A DNA stretch of 64,000 nucleotides, from assembly GCA_964016885.1 (NCBI GenBank), contig OZ024760.1, forward strand, positions 14,322,001 through 14,386,000, in the 5' to 3' direction. Below, in pieces: positions 57,926 through 64,000 of this stretch. The position numbers and the translations under genes were made by a program. The stretch comes from Eledone cirrhosa (lineage: Eukaryota). Within the stretch, counting starts at the first letter, position 1. Every line of letters begins with the position of its first letter. Under the pieces are notes generated by a model. It was not told where the DNA came from. It did no database searches and saw only the letters and a list, made by a program, of their open reading frames with translations.

Positions 57926-58527
57926 TAGCTACGGTGCGGCCACACTTAGAATTTGCAACACTAGTCTGGAACCCCTATCTTTCTCAGAACATTGACCGCC
58001 TGAAAACTGTTCAGAGACGTGTAACCAAGCGAATACCCTCCATCAGGCATCTACCATAATCTGAACGCCTTGCTTTCCTGGGAATGGATACATTGAAGCT
58101 CCGAAGCCTGGCAACTGACTTGGTAAAGACCCACAAAATTATTAACCATCTTGCCAACAACAACCCTGAGCACCTTTTTGATGTGTCTAACACACGTGGG
58201 CATGCCAACAAAGTCAGAAAACAGCACAAATTTTAGAAAACTCTTTTCACGCTCAGAGATGCTGAAGCATGGAACAAACTACCTGCATCAGTTGTTAGCT
58301 GTCGAGACACTACATCCTTTAAAACCTCTATGCTTCCTGAGATTCGCCAACACTACAGCTAATGTTCCCCCTCCATAAACACACACACATGTATTTCATG
58401 ACTCATACACTATTCACTTCCCTGACATTTGTAGATTATTCTATGTACTATACATGCACCTTTGATGAGTTGTAGTGCACCTGAGCACTGTACACAATAA
58501 TTTCATTATTTTCATTATTATTATTAT
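57926..58527 (+). mobile_element. CR1-clade LINE 3' fragment
   Basis: Broken translation TVRPHLEFA..WNPYL..IDRLKTVQRRVTKRIPSIRHLP*SERLAFLGMDTLKLRSLATDLVKTHKII; ends in (att)n tail. Confidence 0.85.
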
Positions 58528-58664
58528 ATACAATATACAATCTATATACCCTATATATACATTATATACCCGATATATGATGATGTCCAAAGGAAACACA
58601 AAAGCCAATACAGCTTAGCACCATTGTTATCACAACTCTTATATACACTACATATACTCTATAT

Positions 58665-58740
58665 CAGGGGCATGCAACAGGTGGCCTGCGGGCCACAATC
58701 CAGCCCACCAGACCAGACAGAGTGGCCCACAATGACCATT
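58665..58740 (+). mobile_element. hAT/Charlie-like MITE end
   Basis: CAGGGG..GCAAC..GGCCTGCGGGCCACA.TCCAGCCC. Confidence 0.55.
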
Positions 58741-59214
58741 TTTAATGTTTACCTTGTAGGCTTATTTAGAATATTTTTCGTAACCGTAATACAATTTTCT
58801 GTTAGTTGACCTATACTAAAGGGCTTCACTGATAGGGTTGTGTGTTATATCATATAGTGGTCCACCAATGGAATATGTTGTACACCCCTTCTCTATATGA
58901 TAAGCAGAAAATTGTCAGTCGTTAGAATGTCGGATAGAATGCTGTATGGTATTCATTCAGGCTTTCTGCTCCCTGAGTTCAAATCCCGCCGAGGTCAACT
59001 TTGTCTTTCATCCTTTTGAGGTTGGTAAATAAAGTACCAGTCTATTACTTTCTTTCTCTGGAAGAAATCTGCTGTACTCAGGCCTGGAGAGGGGTGGGCT
59101 CCGCCTGGCTTAAAATGCCCCCAAAATGCTGTATGTTAATACAGCGCCTCTACGACTCTATCAGGAGTTACGGGACCATACATACATATATACCATATAC
59201 TCTATATACACAAG

Positions 59215-59625
59215 ACCAGCAATTTATAGGGGAGGGGGGGATTAATTAAATCGACCCCAGTGCATTACTGGTGTTTTATTTTATTGACCCCGTAAGGATG
59301 AAAGGCAAAGCTAACCTCGGCGGAATTTGAATTCAGAATTCAAAGGGCCATAACTCTATGCTGTAAAGCATAGTGTCCGACACTCTGCCAATAATTACAT
59401 TAGGGCGGTGGATTGGCAGTATCGGTAGAGGGTCGGACGCCATGTTTTGCAGCATAGAATTACACCCCTTTATGATCTTAGTTCAAATCCCGCCGAGGTT
59501 CACTTTGCCTTTCATCCTTACGGGGTCAATAAAATAAAGTACCAGTCACGCACTGGGGTCGATTTAATCGACTTTCCCCCTCCCCCAAAATTGCTGGCCT
59601 TGTGCCTATATAAGAAACCAATATT
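59215..59625. mobile_element. Two head-to-head SINE family 1 copies (59215-59392 minus, 59402-59625 plus)
   Basis: Full head, core and tail; the plus copy is flanked by attacatta duplication. Confidence 0.9.
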
Positions 59626-59937
59626 ACATTACAAATGCTTCTCAGACTCAGAGAATATGAAAACACCTGGCTTAGAACACCTGACTCAAAGATTGGTTGT
59701 GCTGTAGAAAAATTTCTTTCAAATAAACCCTAGGCAAAACTAACCCTTGTCTTCTTTTGTAAGAATTCCCTTATCACGCAAGAAGTTATCTTGAAAGAAT
59801 GAAATTATTCCATGCAGAGAGAGACAAATTAAACATGACATACAGGGTCATAGACTTTGGTTGTGTGAAGACATCACACAGTCTGGTACATGGTACTAAT
59901 ACACAAACACACACACACACACACATATATATATTAA

Positions 59938-60001
<64 letters not shown>

Positions 60002-60158
60002 CAAACTCGCACACACACTCATGATCACACATACATAAACATAAATATATATACATATATATGCATATATAAATAGATATATGTGCATACATATACACAT
60101 ATATAACATACATATACACACATATATATATATATATATATGTATTTAAACATATATA

Positions 60159-60191
<33 letters not shown>

Positions 60192-60676
60192 GTGTATGTG
60201 TGTGTGATTATGTACATATGTATATACCATATACACACACACAGAAAGTCAAACACATACATCTATGCATACATACACATAGCCACATATACATAGGTAC
60301 ATAAACACCTACATACACATATACATACACACATGCACACACATATACACACAGATACACACAGCCACACATGTCCTAAGATAGAAAAAATCTTGGTTCA
60401 GTTATTTTCCTTGTGGGGTAGGGGTCACTACACCCCTTCTCCTCTGGCCCCTAAAAAAAGGAACGTGACTGAGTTGTGTTCAACAAAGATGTAATCTAGG
60501 ACATGACTGTGTGTGGGGACAGGGGATCGGGTGGGGCAATGTAGCCCCTTTACTTCCTTAAGAAAACACCCCTTAAAGGCACACACAACTGCCCCCTCCA
60601 CCAACATACACACACGCACATATGCATATACACTAATGCGCACACACACTCTCATACACAGGTGCATACATACTGT

Positions 60677-60707
<31 letters not shown>

Positions 60708-60794
60708 TACATGTAGCCATACACTCACACAGACCCCCCCCCTCCTACTGAAGTACAGTTAGGTTCGATTGTTTACTTAGGAACAGAAAGGGAA

Positions 60795-61052
60795 ATCATC
60801 ATCATCATCATCATCATCATCACCACAATCATCATCATCATCTTCATTAACATCAACATCATCATCACCACAATCATCATCATCAGCATCATCACCATCA
60901 ACATCATCATCACCACAATCATCATCATCATCATCATCATCATCACCACAATCATCATCATCATCATCATCATCATCTTCATTAACATCATCATCACAAT
61001 CATCAGCATCATCAGCATCATCATCATCATCATCATCAACATCATCACCACC
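60795..61052. repeat. (CAT)n trinucleotide repeat
   Basis: Direct reading. Confidence 0.95.
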
Positions 61053-61409
61053 AATGGGTCAACAAAGGAGGCTGAACTGTATCAAATGTCTCTCGGAATA
61101 TCATCAAATAGAACAGCAACTGGGTCAACATATGGCCCGGGGGGGGGGGCGGTAGATGGGGAGAAGGGCTGATTTTTATGGGGTGGGGGGAATAGATGGG
61201 GAGAAGGGCTGATTTTTATTGGGGTGGGGGGAATAGATGGGGAGAAGGGCTGATGTTTATGTTATTGGTTTAGGGTTCAATGGAAATAGATTGGGAACAG
61301 AACAGGGATTCAGTTCAGGTCAGAAAAAGGTGCTGGGGACAGACAGACACACACAGACAGACATCATACACAGCACTCACTCACTCTCTCTATATATATA
61401 TATATATAT

Positions 61410-61963
61410 AACTGCCGTTAGCGAGCTTATACTATTAAGTCTACGTTAACGTATGTCAATATCTTAACACCAAATATTATATTTTATCTGATGAAAGCAC
61501 ACTAACATTTTGTGTCCTTCAAATACGTATAATAAAATAAATATGGTATTATAAAGATATTTTCCATTTATTAATATTGTTAATATATATATATATTTAA
61601 TATAGAAATAGCTTCTACAGGACTAGAACTGTTCCATTCGGGAGAAATCATCAGGAAAGATGAGTAAATATTTATACTCTGCTATGTATTGAGTACTTTA
61701 CTTACTGTGGTTACCCCCGAATGAACCCGGGATAAACATATATATAAAGTGGACGTGTAGGCGCCACGGGAAAAAAGCACCCAGTCCACACTGTAAATGA
61801 GGTTGGTGTTAGGAAGGGCATCCAGCCGTAGAAATCGTGCCAGAATCAGTTCCAGTATGAACAAGACAAGGTCAGCCGACCAGACACTGCCCTCAACAGG
61901 ACAACCCATCTAACCTATGCTAGAGTGGAAGAATGGACGTAAAACGGTGATGATGATGATATA

Positions 61964-61996
<33 letters not shown>

Positions 61997-62005
61997 GTAT
62001 ATGTA

Positions 62006-62054
<49 letters not shown>

Positions 62055-62220
62055 ATAATATTAATAAATGGAAAATATCTTTATAAAACCATATATTTAT
62101 TTTATTATACATATTTCAAGGGTACCAGTATTTTGGTACGCTATCGTCAGATAAAATACAATATTTGGTTTACAGATAATGACATATCAACATATGAACT
62201 TAATGTTATGAGTTCAATGT
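61410..62220. mobile_element. Cluster: family D HHR (+, 61480-61539), family C element (61596-61738), SINE family 3 (61750-61960), family D HHR (-, 62098-62158)
   Basis: CTGATGA at 61488 (GAAA mutated to CAAA); minus-strand CTGACGA..GAAA-TATGTA-TA at 62098-62158; family C arm and tail with TTGAGTACT at 61689. Confidence 0.8.
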
Positions 62221-62226
62221 AGATAG

Positions 62227-62296
<70 letters not shown>

Positions 62297-62875
62297 ATAT
62301 TTGGGTTTCTTCAACTCCTAAATCAAGTACTGTCTGCTTAGACAAATAATGTTAAATTTTTGGTAAGATGATCGAACAAGGGAGTCACTTTCTCAACATG
62401 CTTTTAGTTTAAGTGCCAAGCGAAGGACCATTATCAAAACACACGTGGAGCTCGACAAGGGGGGCAACCCTTAGTTTTGGCGGATGAATTCGGTATGTGC
62501 GTTATTATTGCAAAATTGCAAAATATCACAAAACGAATAAAGTTCTCAACAAAATGGTTTTAAAATTAACAAAAGCTTTAATTAGTCAATTAACTAAAAT
62601 TAACTAATTAACTAAAAAAATCAAGAAAATTAACTGGTCAATAGCTAGACTCTGGAGATTAATACAAATATAAATTAGCGAGAATCGTATTTCGGCTATT
62701 GGAAATTAGCGAAAAACAACTTCCGAGATGTGTGGCAAGTGCTCCATAGAAGCTAGTGAACTAGAGCTACAACATAAGTTAAAAGGCCGAACACACTGAG
62801 ACGATGGTTAAACCATTATCCGCACAGCCATAGAAACGACCAACTAATTTGGGTCAAACAAATAAAATATGATTG

Positions 62876-62933
<58 letters not shown>

Positions 62934-63406
62934 ATATATGTATATAGCAGCAACATCAACAACAACTGCAGTTGAGTCAATATTAATTGGGAGTGAAAGA
63001 CAGAAATAGGATTGAAGTGAATGATGTAGAGAGAGAAAGAGTGAGAGAGAGGGGGGAGAGGGGGGGGGGGGGGCAGATTGAGAGAGAGAGGGAGAGCGAG
63101 AGAGAGGGGATAGATATATATAGACTGATATACATACATATATACACATACTGATATATAGACTGATACACATACACATACATATATGTATATATACATG
63201 CATACATACATACATGCATGCGTGCATATATATATATATATATATATATATGCATACATATACATACATGATCACACACATTCGTGCACATTCATATATG
63301 TATGCATATGTATATATGTGTATATGCATGTATGCATATATATGTATATATATGCATGTATGCATATATATGTATATATATGCATGTAGGTATGTATATA
63401 TATATA

Positions 63407-63784
63407 CAATGATATTAAATAAATGGAAACTATATTTACAAAACCATATTTATTTTATTATATATATTTCAAGGGTACCAAGACACATTGATACGCTTTC
63501 ATCAGATAAAATACAAAGTTTGTTTTATAAATAGAGACATACCCATAAAAATCATACCTTATCGGTTGGAAATTCACTGTATTTTATTTTATCTGATGAA
63601 AGCGTATCAATGTGTCTTGGTACCCTTGAAATATATATAATAAAATAAATATGGTTTTGTAAATATAGTTTCCATTTATTTAATATCATTGAATATTTAC
63701 TCCAGTAAACTGTTGAGTGCTCTAAATCAGTTATAAACATTTATATTTGTTGGAATTCCAACAAATTAAATACCCCTTCTACTT
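63407..63784 (+). mobile_element. Family D fold-back with two intact HHRs (63451-63513 minus, 63583-63649 plus) and 3' tail
   Basis: Arms ~63407-63514 and ~63578-63691; UUUAUUUUAU-CUGAUGA-AAGCGUAUCAA-ugugUc-UUGGUACCCUU-GAAA-U-AUAU-A-UA-AUAAAAUAAA; tail TTGAGTGCTC at 63713; TA-flanked. Confidence 0.9.
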
Positions 63785-63926
63785 ATATATATATATATAT
63801 GCGCATATATGTATATATCTATGTATGTGTATATACATAAGTATATATGAATGTATGTAAGTCTGTATGTATGTCTATATATATGTATGTGTATCTATTT
63901 ATGTGTATGTATGTATGCATGCAAGC

Positions 63927-63972
<46 letters not shown>

Positions 63973-64000
63973 ATATATATGTGTGTGTGTGTATATATAT

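Noticed and set aside
59799-59900. Kinase-like RVIDFG motif
   Set aside because: No other kinase subdomains or convincing splice sites, and the ORF runs into (CA)n.
60773-61054. Met-rich (reflectin-like) or Asp-rich ORF
   Set aside because: Pure (ATG)n microsatellite with no reflectin motif; the Asp frame has a stop immediately upstream.

Overview
Very AT-rich, microsatellite-saturated animal genomic DNA. The (TA)n/(CA)n density and the SINE, RTE and MITE repertoire suggest an octopus or other coleoid cephalopod; this is inferred from repeat resemblance only. Nearly all ORFs in the track are microsatellite translation artefacts. Real protein-derived sequence is limited to a decayed 5'-truncated RTE LINE (32.4-34.2 kb) and a CR1-clade 3' fragment (57.9-58.5 kb). 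The window also holds many tRNA-derived SINEs, piggyBac-like and hAT-like MITEs, several minisatellites and a tRNA-Gly(TCC) fragment. The main signal is about 20 short elements from at least 6-7 sequence-distinct families that carry Type I hammerhead-ribozyme (HHR) motifs, several fully pairable. They sit mostly in (TA)n tracts, and many share one architecture: (TA)n - inverted copy - snap-back hairpin - HHR 3' half - single-copy tail with a shared TGAGTRC motif - (TA)n. These look like miniature fold-back derivatives of Penelope-like retroelements. Weaker signals are a convergent pair of tRNA-like Pol III cassettes in a diverged fold-back (1.2-1.65 kb) and a possible small spliced gene (TATA ~27.1 kb, exons ~40.2 and ~57.4 kb, 36 aa) that overlaps a CpG-decayed domain. 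All alignments and folds were done by eye, and repeat boundaries are approximate.
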